From: a virus
Reading direction: 5' to 3' (one strand)
Length of the DNA: 64,000 bases
IMG/VR virus record: IMGVR_UViG_3300045988_115217
Shown here: positions 55,268-63,305 of the stretch, piece after piece
How the letters are laid out: each line of letters opens with the position of its first letter
Position numbering within the stretch: position 1 is the stretch's first letter
The notes under the pieces: model-generated
The model's database searches: none
Seen by the model: only the letters and a program-made list of their open reading frames with translations
What the model was told of the DNA's origin: nothing
Made by a program: the position numbers and the translations under genes

Positions 55268-55405
55268 TTAATCTTCTACAATAAATCCATTTTCTGTGCA
55301 AGTGTCAATAGCTCTAATTGCTATCCAAATAGCTCGCTTCTGTTCATCATCTGTAAGACTGCTTCTAATTTTACACAATTTTCTCTTTGCTTCTGTTGCT
55401 TTCAT
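55268..55405 (-). CDS. small hypothetical protein (45 aa)
   Basis: Hand translation gives MKATEAKRKLCKIRSSLTDDEQKRAIW... Confidence 0.3.
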   Translation of the reverse strand: MKATEAKRKLCKIRSSLTDDEQKRAIWIAIRAIDTCTENGFIVED

Positions 55406-55432
55406 CTTCTATCTATTTATGCCCGAAGGCGG

Positions 55433-55606
55433 TTAATCAATTTTGCTAAAATAATGTTCTTTTGTACTTTTTAGATATTCACCACACGTCTCTTTAGTAA
55501 GATATTCCGTATCAGAGTAAGCATTAAACTTACCTTCTTTAACTTTTCTAAAAAGGAATCTAATATTACCAATATCATCAGAATATCCTGTGAATTGTAA
55601 ATGATT
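55433..55606 (-). other. 57-codon start-less open frame continuing in-frame after the TAA of the upstream gene
   Basis: NHLQFTGYSDDIGNIRFLFRKVKEGKFNAYSDTEYLTKETCGEYLKSTKEHYFSKID*. There is no ATG, GTG or TTG in frame. Confidence 0.25.
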
Positions 55607-55765
55607 TTAATGTAATTGTACCCATTCCAAGTATATTTCGTAGTCTCTTTTAGAGAATTTGAACCAACGAACATTGTTCTTGCACCATCCAAAGTAACTT
55701 GGATCAATTCTAAGAACCCTTGTAACTTCCATGCCTTTATACTTGCCAAATGTAATTTTATTCAT
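55607..55765 (-). CDS. DUF3820-like small protein (52 aa)
   Basis: MNKITFGKYKGMEVTRVLRIDPSYFGWC matches the FGKYKG...DPxYxxW motif. I prefer this to the overlapping TTG-start track ORF 55471-55749. Confidence 0.5.
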   Translation of the reverse strand: MNKITFGKYKGMEVTRVLRIDPSYFGWCKNNVRWFKFSKRDYEIYLEWVQLH

Positions 55766-55767
55766 AC

Positions 55768-56241
55768 CTACACCTCCATGTTATCATTTATTCCTAAAAC
55801 CCAAAGGTGATGTTGTAATTCATGGACGTACTTAATAAGCCATTGACCAGTGGTATTGTACCGTGCTCCATCAAGGTAAAATGCGTTTATATTTATCAAA
55901 CGTGTGAAGCGACAAGTTCCACCTCTTGTATATATTTCTTCACCATCTCTGCAAGATACAATTTCCCATCCATTCTTCTCCAAAATTGCGGGCACAAGAT
56001 TAATAGGAACAATATCCTTAACCCAAGCACAGCAGTCACCGAAGAGATAGCCTTTGTCTCCAAATTCAACACCTTCAAGATTCTCTAAACGGACAACACC
56101 TTTCAGAACCGTTCCATCGTCTAACTCAAAAGTCTTTGATGGGTCTGATGAGGTTACTTTGTAAACGACACCTTTTGCGGTACCACAAGGTACTCCGTTT
56201 GTCATCACCAAATCTCCTGGAATGTATTCTAACTTATCCAT
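55768..56241 (-). CDS. hypothetical protein (157 aa)
   Basis: ORF in a packed operon. Confidence 0.45.
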   Translation of the reverse strand: MDKLEYIPGDLVMTNGVPCGTAKGVVYKVTSSDPSKTFELDDGTVLKGVVRLENLEGVEFGDKGYLFGDCCAWVKDIVPINLVPAILEKNGWEIVSCRDGEEIYTRGGTCRFTRLININAFYLDGARYNTTGQWLIKYVHELQHHLWVLGINDNMEV

Positions 56242-56246
56242 ACGAC

Positions 56247-56489
56247 TTACTCCTTAACTTCTTTAAATATTACACACTTATTGTCATAACGTTCTCTTTG
56301 TGTCCAATCCCAATATAGTCGATTGTTCAAAACATTCCACCTGTGATTTTTACACTTTAGCGTACCATTAGCACACCATCCACTGGGACACGCAAATGCA
56401 CAATTCCAACAATTTCCTGTGGCATCTTCAACAACAATGTATTTTTTGCCGCAGTAATTAAAATATTCTCCAACTTTAAGCTCTTTCAT
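56247..56489 (-). CDS. hypothetical Cys/Trp-rich protein (80 aa)
   Basis: CWNCAFACPSGWCANGTLKC pattern. Confidence 0.4.
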   Translation of the reverse strand: MKELKVGEYFNYCGKKYIVVEDATGNCWNCAFACPSGWCANGTLKCKNHRWNVLNNRLYWDWTQRERYDNKCVIFKEVKE

Positions 56490-56501
56490 ACGCTATTTAT
56501 T

Positions 56502-56699
56502 TTAAACATAACAATCTGCTTCAAAAGGGCTTCCGAACCTGTCACAGATAATAATATCGGCTCGATCATTGCTTACCTCCTCTCTGATTGCTTCTAATTG
56601 CTGAATAACGTTATCAATCGTCTTTCCGCTATAGTCTATAGCTATCTCTTTCAAGACAGCTATTTTGGCATTAAGCCTTGCGTATTCTCCTACTGTCAT
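56502..56699 (-). CDS. hypothetical protein (65 aa)
   Basis: ORF abutting the upstream gene. Confidence 0.4.
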   Translation of the reverse strand: MTVGEYARLNAKIAVLKEIAIDYSGKTIDNVIQQLEAIREEVSNDRADIIICDRFGSPFEADCYV

Positions 56700-57079
56700 T
56701 ATTCTTCACCTCCTTCCTTTGGCAGTATATCAGACAAATAAGCCCACTTGGTGATTTGGCATCTGCTAATCGAATGTCTCCAAGATTCCTTATTCCAAAG
56801 AATGGATTCTTGAAACTGTAGATAAGCATCGTTATCAAAACCAAGAGTAATAATATCGCTCTTGCTCTTATCTGGCTCTTCTGTATTTGGATGCCATAAA
56901 TCCTTTAGAAGCTCATTGATAGCCCAATTAGCACCTAGTCCAATAGCTTCTTTGATGTCCTCTTTGTAGAACATTTCCTCTTTAGCATCATTGTCGAAAA
57001 CTACTTCTTCGCCATTTAACAGAAATCTATCTTCATAGATTTCTTGCTTGGCTTCTTCTATTTTCTTTTCGTCTATCAT
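56699..57079 (-). CDS. hypothetical protein, DUF551-like
   Basis: LWHPNTEEPD motif. Confidence 0.4.
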   Translation of the reverse strand: MIDEKKIEEAKQEIYEDRFLLNGEEVVFDNDAKEEMFYKEDIKEAIGLGANWAINELLKDLWHPNTEEPDKSKSDIITLGFDNDAYLQFQESILWNKESWRHSISRCQITKWAYLSDILPKEGGEE

Positions 57080-57081
57080 AA

Positions 57082-57267
57082 TTATCTTCCTTTCTTACTA
57101 TTTTTATCCAATACATCTTTAATCTCGAAATATTGAGCCTTTATAAATTTTTCCATCTCTGACTTGGTTATTCTACCAATAACTGAAATATACCCATCCC
57201 TTACAGATACTGAGAAATAATCAGTATTGATAAAATTAATGTTAACATCTATGCTTTCATCATTCAT
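57082..57267 (-). CDS. hypothetical protein (61 aa)
   Basis: ORF with an ATGA overlap to the upstream small ORF. Confidence 0.4.
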   Translation of the reverse strand: MNDESIDVNINFINTDYFSVSVRDGYISVIGRITKSEMEKFIKAQYFEIKDVLDKNSKKGR

Positions 57268-57401
57268 AATCTACCCTTTCTTTTCCTAAGTTGATTCTTT
57301 CTACGCATTCTTCTTTGCGTCTTACCATCTTGTATATCTTCACACTTAAAGTGTGGTTTACAATACCAAGGTATGCAATTCGTTAAATCTTCATTACCCA
57401 T
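57264..57401 (-). CDS. small basic Cys-containing protein (45 aa)
   Basis: Hand translation gives MGNEDLTNCIPWYCKPHFKCEDIQDGKTQRRMRRK... Confidence 0.3.
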   Translation of the reverse strand: MGNEDLTNCIPWYCKPHFKCEDIQDGKTQRRMRRKNQLRKRKGRL

Positions 57402-57447
57402 AATTAGCCCTCCATATCTTTATTGTCCAACAAGTGCTCATTACCTT

Positions 57448-57657
57448 CTATTTTACTCTTTTAAAATGAACATTTTTGCCATCCTTACGCTCGGTACTGC
57501 CGCACTTAAATCCGGTGCAAGTTTCTGCGTACATATCGCTTGCAAACTCGTAAAAGAAGCATCCGTTGCATTCTCCTTTCTTGTCCTCGACCACCTTCAG
57601 GGTAATCTCAGAACCAATAGGTAAATCTTCCATAACTAATTTCTCATTATGTGACAC
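57448..57657 (-). CDS. hypothetical Cys-rich protein (69 aa)
   Basis: ORF with ECNGCFFYEF...CTGFKC. Confidence 0.4.
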   Translation of the reverse strand: MSHNEKLVMEDLPIGSEITLKVVEDKKGECNGCFFYEFASDMYAETCTGFKCGSTERKDGKNVHFKRVK

Positions 57658-57834
57658 TTAATAACCTTGTGAACCGCATTTGGCTGCGATTCATTAAAAC
57701 TATTAATAAACTGACGCTCCATTTCTTTTAGAAAGATGGGCTTTGTCGGCTTCGGCATAGTGAGGACGGCTTGAATCTTTGCCCCCCCCATCCAAAGTAA
57801 GCAGGCATCTGCGACTAATTTGTTCAAATAACAT
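57636..57834 (-). CDS. small protein whose RBS-equipped ATG (57834) is out of frame with the long ORF across a G8 tract
   Basis: ATAGGAGATACGAAAAATG cassette, with the G8 tract at 57782-57789 (C8 on plus). The track ORF needs a TTG start at 57827. Confidence 0.4.
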
Positions 57835-57889
57835 TTTTCGTATCTCCTATTATTTTAAACGTTAAACAAAAATCTTAGTTTTTTATAAT

Positions 57890-58672
57890 CTAATTATATA
57901 CCATACCAGCGAAGCGAGCCGAAGGCGAGCCTTCCATTACCTTATATGTATTAGCATATACCCTACAGATAACTTTTCCTTTAATATAGGTATAGTTATT
58001 GAGTATCATATCCTTTACATAGTCAATAGAGGATAAAAAACGCTTTTCGATGTTTCTATATTTGCATAAAATCTCGTTTTTGACCGCAAATTTTACTAAG
58101 TCAAAGGCTTTCTGTACGCTTACGCTTAACTTCTCAGCTATATACTTATATGATATACCATTTTCTCTGAATTTATCGCCGTAGCCAAAATGATTGCAAA
58201 CCTTCTTAGCCGCCTTCAACTCTTTCAAGCCTTTAGGGTGCTTAGACTGCTGAATCATTTGCTTAGCGTAATTCTTTCGATTCTGTACATCAATGATAAG
58301 CATAGCAGATAAGGTATCTTCTATGAATTTTACATTCTGCGCATAGGCATTCTTTTTAGAATCATTCTTTGAAATAAACTCGATATTAGGAACAATGACG
58401 TTCCTGTGAGAGGTATGACTTTTTAAGGATTTGAAAACGAGGCATCGGTTATTCCTGCCAGTAAACTCAATCAAATCCAGAGCTTTCAAGGTATCAATAC
58501 GCTTACGGACAGCACAGGCACTTACTCCTGTGATTTCGTGAAGCTTATTGATGCTCCATCTTTGCACGGCAGAAGATTTGACCCTTGTCTTTATGAAAAG
58601 GGAAAATGCAATTGCCTTCCTTAACTCGGGATTGCAATACATATCATTCAATATCTTTCTGCGTATCTCCAT
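57890..58672 (-). CDS. winged-helix DNA-binding protein, paralogue of 8403-9245
   Basis: INKLHEITGVSACAVRKRIDTLKALDLIEF wHTH plus a second HTH. First gene after the promoter at 58832. Confidence 0.5.
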   Translation of the reverse strand: MEIRRKILNDMYCNPELRKAIAFSLFIKTRVKSSAVQRWSINKLHEITGVSACAVRKRIDTLKALDLIEFTGRNNRCLVFKSLKSHTSHRNVIVPNIEFISKNDSKKNAYAQNVKFIEDTLSAMLIIDVQNRKNYAKQMIQQSKHPKGLKELKAAKKVCNHFGYGDKFRENGISYKYIAEKLSVSVQKAFDLVKFAVKNEILCKYRNIEKRFLSSIDYVKDMILNNYTYIKGKVICRVYANTYKVMEGSPSARFAGMVYN

Positions 58673-58831
58673 TTTACAGATGCTTTAAAAAGTCAAGAGC
58701 AGCAAAGAAATGGGGATTCTCTGCTGCTCCGTATTTAGTAGGTCTTTCGACCTCACGTAAATCCAAAATCTTACACCTTATAAGCTCCCCATAAGCTCAT
58801 CAAGCGTTGGTGTTATATCTTAAACACACCG

Positions 58832-58839
58832 CAAAATTA
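58832..58839 (-). promoter_or_regulatory. -7 box TAATTTTG (minus strand)
   Basis: CACACCGCAAAATTAATAA, the same context as 49790. Confidence 0.5.
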
Positions 58840-58884
58840 ATAAAAATACTTCAAACACTAAAACTTTTTATTAATTATTTTTAA

Positions 58885-58931
58885 TTTATTAATAAATTCT
58901 ATTAGTGCTTTAAAAGATTTTATTACTTTTG
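58885..58931 (+). promoter_or_regulatory. divergent plus-strand promoter
   Basis: TTTATTA and TCTATTA (58898-58904) lie upstream of TACTTTTG (58924-58931). Confidence 0.45.
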
Positions 58932-58967
58932 TAGCAGATTTTATTAAAAACCAAATTTTAAACGATT

Positions 58968-59285
58968 ATGATATATAACCAAATTAAACAGTATGAGCTG
59001 GCAGATGAGATAATGAGAGCAGTCTGCGATGTTGGAGGTGTTACCTTCATTCAGCTCTGTTCTGCTGTTAAAACCGTAAAGCTCAATACCCTTAGAGGTC
59101 TATATTGTCTTATCAGCAGGGATTATTGCATCCATCCCGACCGCTCGGCTCGCCTACTCTGTCGTACCAGAGCAAACGTAATCAACCAGGCAAGGAAATA
59201 CCTACAATACATACAGACTAAAGATAAATATACAATAACTATATATAACCAAATTATCAACATCTTAAAAGAAAAAAGACAATGA
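58968..59285 (+). CDS. hypothetical protein (105 aa)
   Basis: ORF downstream of the plus promoter. Confidence 0.45.
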   Translation: MIYNQIKQYELADEIMRAVCDVGGVTFIQLCSAVKTVKLNTLRGLYCLISRDYCIHPDRSARLLCRTRANVINQARKYLQYIQTKDKYTITIYNQIINILKEKRQ

Positions 59286-60052
59286 AAAGAACAGATTATG
59301 AGCTTACCCTGCCCGACCAGCTCTTCCCAACGGACAATGACTTAGAGATTCCGACACTCGATATTGATATGCAAGCCAAGGAGTGTCAGTCACCCTTCCT
59401 TTGCTTCGGAGAACAGAAGAGAACCTTTAACCTCAATGGCGAAGGCTCTTTGCACTTCTATACCGATGATTACCGCTTCTCAGCTATCTACGAGCACCCT
59501 GAGAAGATATTGCAGCATCACCCTGCCGTTATCGTTGAACCGAACTTCTCCCTATATAATGAAATGCCCGTATCTTTCGGCTTGCAGGCTATCTACAAGA
59601 AACGTTGGATTGCCCGTTGTATGCAAGGTAAGGGTATCGGCATCTTCGTTGACCTCAACGTGGCACAGAAGTTCTATCGCCTCAATATGATTGGTGTACC
59701 TCGTGGATGGCGTGCCTTCGCTACCCGTGGATATTCGGATAGACTGAATAACCTCGCCTTTGAGTATTCCATCGCAAGCGATTGGGCAGAGGGCAAAGAG
59801 CCGCTATTTGTTATCTACGGCGGCGGTGCTGAGTGTCGGCGGTTCGCCCAGACCCATAGAGGTTGCATCTACATCAACCCCGTTGTCACTACAAAGAAGC
59901 AGCTTGCCGCCTTGCAGAAGATTCACGAAGGTGTTGCCTTTATCGGCGAAGAGTTCTCTGTTAAAGCACAACTCGATAAGCTTACCCCTTTCTCCAAGCA
60001 GATTGAGGATTTCCGAGCAGACAACGTCTCTAAACAGATTGAGGGAAAATGA
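59282..60052 (+). CDS. hypothetical protein (256 aa), possibly DUF4417-like
   Basis: Long ORF with a 4-nt overlap. The family recollection is weak. Confidence 0.45.
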   Translation: MKRTDYELTLPDQLFPTDNDLEIPTLDIDMQAKECQSPFLCFGEQKRTFNLNGEGSLHFYTDDYRFSAIYEHPEKILQHHPAVIVEPNFSLYNEMPVSFGLQAIYKKRWIARCMQGKGIGIFVDLNVAQKFYRLNMIGVPRGWRAFATRGYSDRLNNLAFEYSIASDWAEGKEPLFVIYGGGAECRRFAQTHRGCIYINPVVTTKKQLAALQKIHEGVAFIGEEFSVKAQLDKLTPFSKQIEDFRADNVSKQIEGK

Positions 60053-60103
60053 TATTGTTTATGCGAGATATGGCATTTATTTGCTGTATCTCGCTTTCTT
60101 TTG

Positions 60104-60245
60104 TATCTTTGCATCAGTAATCGGGAATAAGTTATTAGAAATGTTGAAAAAGGTTTTTAGATTTGGTTAGATTTAAAAATTTTATGTTGGTTAAAAGTTT
60201 TATCAGAAAAGCAGCCGCTCGTGAAGGGTAGCTGCTTTTCTTATA
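60104..60245 (+). ncRNA. candidate short transcript (promoter to terminator, ~130 nt) with two mini-ORFs
   Basis: -7 box TATCTTTG at 60104-60111. Mini-ORFs MLKKVFRFG (60141-60170) and MLVKSFIRKAAAREG (60184-60231). Terminator hairpin 60206-60240 followed by a T-run. Confidence 0.3.
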
Positions 60246-60311
60246 TATATAATAGGTATAAAAGGATAAGGTCTAAAAATATCTGAATAAAATCATAAAA
60301 TCGCAATATAA

Positions 60312-60436
60312 TCTATTAATTTCTATTAACACTTTAATAATTTACGAGAAAAATAGTTGGTTATATGAAAAGGATTTATTAATTTTGCGGTATATAAAAT
60401 TAATAATAACAATTAATTATAGGAGATACGATAATG
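60312..60436 (+). promoter_or_regulatory. promoter-leader cassette driving only an 8-codon ORF
   Basis: TCTATTA x2 (60312-60318, 60322-60328), TAATTTTG (60380-60387), and ATAGGAGATAC followed by ATG 60434 (MKYIKLFI*). Confidence 0.5.
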
Positions 60437-60497
60437 AAGTATATCAAATTGTTTATCTAACATATAGCAATTCAATTTCAATCGAATAAGAATTAAT

Positions 60498-60505
60498 TAT
60501 CTTTG
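60498..60505 (+). promoter_or_regulatory. -7 box TATCTTTG
   Basis: Matches TAnnTTTG, 31 nt before ATG 60536. Confidence 0.45.
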
Positions 60506-60535
60506 CACAAAATAACAATTTAAAATTCAAAGAAT

Positions 60536-60922
60536 ATGAGTAAGTCAAGTGGTGGTACTCGCATCATAAGCAGCAATAACGCTGCGCAGAGTAGAACACA
60601 GAGTTCTCTTAGCGGAAAAGTCAGTACAATGGACGAAGCCAATAAGGTTATGGACACATACAAGAACCTCTATAATATGCCAGCGAAGGAACAGAAAGCA
60701 TTTACTGATTCTTTCGGTCAGGCAGTTATGGACACATTCAATGAGAAGAAAAAGGGCTACGATGATTTGATGCTACAGAGAACCAACAAGGCATTCAAAG
60801 AAAACAATAAAGCTGATTATGATTGGGCTGTTCATCAACATACCATACAGGTGGATAATCTGGTACAGGAACAACAGCTTATCACAGAGAAGTATGGTAA
60901 GTTTATCAAGGTAAAGAAATAA
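60536..60922 (+). CDS. hypothetical protein with an MSKSSGGTR N-terminus
   Basis: The N-terminal nonapeptide is shared with the ORF at 63298. Confidence 0.45.
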   Translation: MSKSSGGTRIISSNNAAQSRTQSSLSGKVSTMDEANKVMDTYKNLYNMPAKEQKAFTDSFGQAVMDTFNEKKKGYDDLMLQRTNKAFKENNKADYDWAVHQHTIQVDNLVQEQQLITEKYGKFIKVKK

Positions 60923-61008
60923 GTCGCTGATTCTTAGCACGAAAGATTAAATAATAACTCCAAAGGCTACTCATTATATGGGTAGCTTTTTTATTTGTTT
61001 ACATACAA

Positions 61009-61051
61009 TCTATTATTTTCTATTAAAACCCGAATAATCGCCGTAATTTTG
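61009..61051 (+). promoter_or_regulatory. promoter of the ParB/DpdA/QueC operon
   Basis: TCTATTA x2 (61009-61015, 61019-61025) upstream of TAATTTTG (61044-61051). Confidence 0.5.
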
Positions 61052-61079
61052 CAAATAATAATTATTAATCAGTAAAGTT

Positions 61080-61751
61080 ATGGCAAGAGGAAAGAAAGAA
61101 TCTCAGACCGCAGCCACCGCAAAGGAAGAGCTGTTTAATAAGCTTGGAAGCTATCAGATGATAGATATTACAAAGCTTGAATATAATGAAGGACAAATCG
61201 AAGGCTTGTCGAAAAATCCACGTTATCTAAAAGAGAGCGAGCATGATAAGCTCAAAAAATCCTTACTGGATAGCCCTGAGTTCTTGGAGTATAAGCCATT
61301 GATGGTTTATGCTATGGATAATGGTAACTATGTCACTATCTGCGGTAATATGCGCCTTCGTGTCGCCAACGAGCTTCGCCTTGATGGTCATTCCGAGTTC
61401 GATACCATCCCTTGTGTTATTCTTAAAACAGATACACCGATTCAGAAAATCAAGGAGTATGCTATCAAGGATAACGTGCAAGCAGGTAATTGGGATTGGG
61501 ATGAGCTTGCCAATGGTGAATGGGAAACCGATGATTTGCAGAATTGGGGTGTTGATTGCTCTTTTCTCAATACCGATGAGGATGATACCGATATTGATGA
61601 GCTATTCGAGGATGCCCAAAATACCGAGAGCAAAGTTAAAGATATTAAACTCTCCGTCCATATTCCACAAGAGTTGGAAGATAAGGTAGATGAGATTAAG
61701 GAGATTATCAAGTCTGCCGTTTCCGAATACAATGGTGTGGAAATAAAATAA
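61080..61751 (+). CDS. ParB-like nuclease-domain protein
   Basis: VTICGNMRLRVANEL (ParB GxxRxxA box) and an acidic C-terminal half. Confidence 0.6.
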   Translation: MARGKKESQTAATAKEELFNKLGSYQMIDITKLEYNEGQIEGLSKNPRYLKESEHDKLKKSLLDSPEFLEYKPLMVYAMDNGNYVTICGNMRLRVANELRLDGHSEFDTIPCVILKTDTPIQKIKEYAIKDNVQAGNWDWDELANGEWETDDLQNWGVDCSFLNTDEDDTDIDELFEDAQNTESKVKDIKLSVHIPQELEDKVDEIKEIIKSAVSEYNGVEIK

Positions 61752-61822
61752 TAGAGATATGGAAGTCTATCTTGCGGGGGGGGCTTACTGGAAATCTTAG
61801 TAAGTTTTGGAAAAGTGTTAGT

Positions 61823-62620
61823 ATGGAATTATATATAGCAGGGACTTTAAGCAGACCCTATGTTTATGAAAAGGCTATAGAAGTTTTTTTAGCAGGTGAA
61901 CACCCAGTAAAGAACGGCAAGGATGCCGATTGGGAAGGATTAAATATATTGGAAACTTACTATTATCTACAGAATAATAAAGAGTTTCCTCGATTGATAG
62001 GCAATTTTCAGAATTTCCTATTAGATAGTGGTGCTTTCACATTTATGTCGGGAGCAGGTGTAGTTGATTTCGATAAATACGTAGAAGGATATGCTGCATT
62101 CATTAAGAAATGGAACGTAAAGAATTTCTTTGAGCTTGATATTGATTCAGTTGTTGGTATCAAAGAGGTTGAAAGACTTCGTGAAAAGCTCGAAAGATTA
62201 AGTGGACGTAAGCCTATCCCCGTTTGGCATAAGTCACGAGGGAAAGAGTATTTTGTTGAAATGTGCAAGAATTACCCTTATGTGGCTATTGGTGGCATCG
62301 TAACCAAAGAAATACCTATCAATAAATATGAGAAGTTATTTCCTTGGTTCGTAAAGACGGCACATAAATATGGCTGCAAGATACATGCCCTTGGATATAC
62401 AAATATCAGAGGATTGCATACGTATCACTTTGATTCCGTGGATTCTACAGCTTGGCTTTATGGTAATATGAGCGGTTCTATATATAAGTTCAATGCCAAG
62501 AACGGAACTATGGATAAAACAAAAGCACCTGAGGGCAAGAAACTTCGCTCAAAGTTGGTGGCTGCACATAATTTCGGCGAGTGGGTACGCTTTATGAAGT
62601 ACGCCCGTGCAAGATTATAA
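61823..62620 (+). CDS. dpdA: TGT-fold DNA transglycosylase-like protein (DpdA-like)
   Basis: LLDSGAFTF (compare TGT DSGGFQ), VAIGGIV and FDSVDSTAW boxes, with adjacency to queC. An upstream ATG at 61759 is out of frame across a G8 tract. Confidence 0.5.
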   Translation: MELYIAGTLSRPYVYEKAIEVFLAGEHPVKNGKDADWEGLNILETYYYLQNNKEFPRLIGNFQNFLLDSGAFTFMSGAGVVDFDKYVEGYAAFIKKWNVKNFFELDIDSVVGIKEVERLREKLERLSGRKPIPVWHKSRGKEYFVEMCKNYPYVAIGGIVTKEIPINKYEKLFPWFVKTAHKYGCKIHALGYTNIRGLHTYHFDSVDSTAWLYGNMSGSIYKFNAKNGTMDKTKAPEGKKLRSKLVAAHNFGEWVRFMKYARARL

Positions 62621-62648
62621 AAGATAAATATTTAAATTTTAATTAGTT

Positions 62649-63305
62649 ATGAAAGATTCATTGATTATTGTATCAGGAGGTATGGACTCGGTAACTCTCC
62701 TGTATGAGAAGAAAGAGAGCATTGCTCTTGCTATTTCTTTTGATTATGGCTCTAATCATAATCAGAAGGAGATTCCTTTTGCTAAGTTGCATTGTGAGCG
62801 ACTTGGTATCAAGCATATTGTTATTCCACTCAATTTTATTCACGATTATTTCAAATCCTCTCTCCTCGAAGGAGCAGAAGCTATCCCAGAAGGTAATTAC
62901 GATGATGCAAACATGAAATCGACCGTAGTTCCTTTTCGTAACGGCATTATGCTCTCTATCGCTTGTGGTATCGCAGAGAGTAATGGATTGAAGAAGGTGC
63001 TTATTGCTAACCATTTCGGCGACCACGCTATTTATCCAGACTGCCGCAAGGGCTTCATTGATGCCATGTCAGAGGCAATGAAGAATGGTACTTACGAGGG
63101 TATCAGCATTGATGCTCCTTATACCAGTATTACGAAGACTGATGTTGCTCGCCACGGCAAGGAGCTTGGCATTAACTACGCTGAAACTTGGAGCTGCTAC
63201 AAGGGCGGTGAGAAGCATTGCGGTAAGTGTGGTACTTGTATGGAACGCAAGGAAGCTCTCCGTGATGCAGGCATTTCAGACCCAACCGAATACGAGGATG
63301 AGTAA
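62649..63305 (+). CDS. queC: 7-cyano-7-deazaguanine synthase QueC
   Basis: PP-loop SGGMDSVT and a C-terminal zinc cluster CYKGGEKHCGKCGTCMERK. Confidence 0.9.
   Translation: MKDSLIIVSGGMDSVTLLYEKKESIALAISFDYGSNHNQKEIPFAKLHCERLGIKHIVIPLNFIHDYFKSSLLEGAEAIPEGNYDDANMKSTVVPFRNGIMLSIACGIAESNGLKKVLIANHFGDHAIYPDCRKGFIDAMSEAMKNGTYEGISIDAPYTSITKTDVARHGKELGINYAETWSCYKGGEKHCGKCGTCMERKEALRDAGISDPTEYEDE

Noticed and set aside
63085-63297. Upstream part of track ORF 63085-63837, overlapping queC in another frame
   Set aside because: QueC is unambiguous here, and the ATG at 63298 overlaps the queC stop in the usual coupled arrangement.
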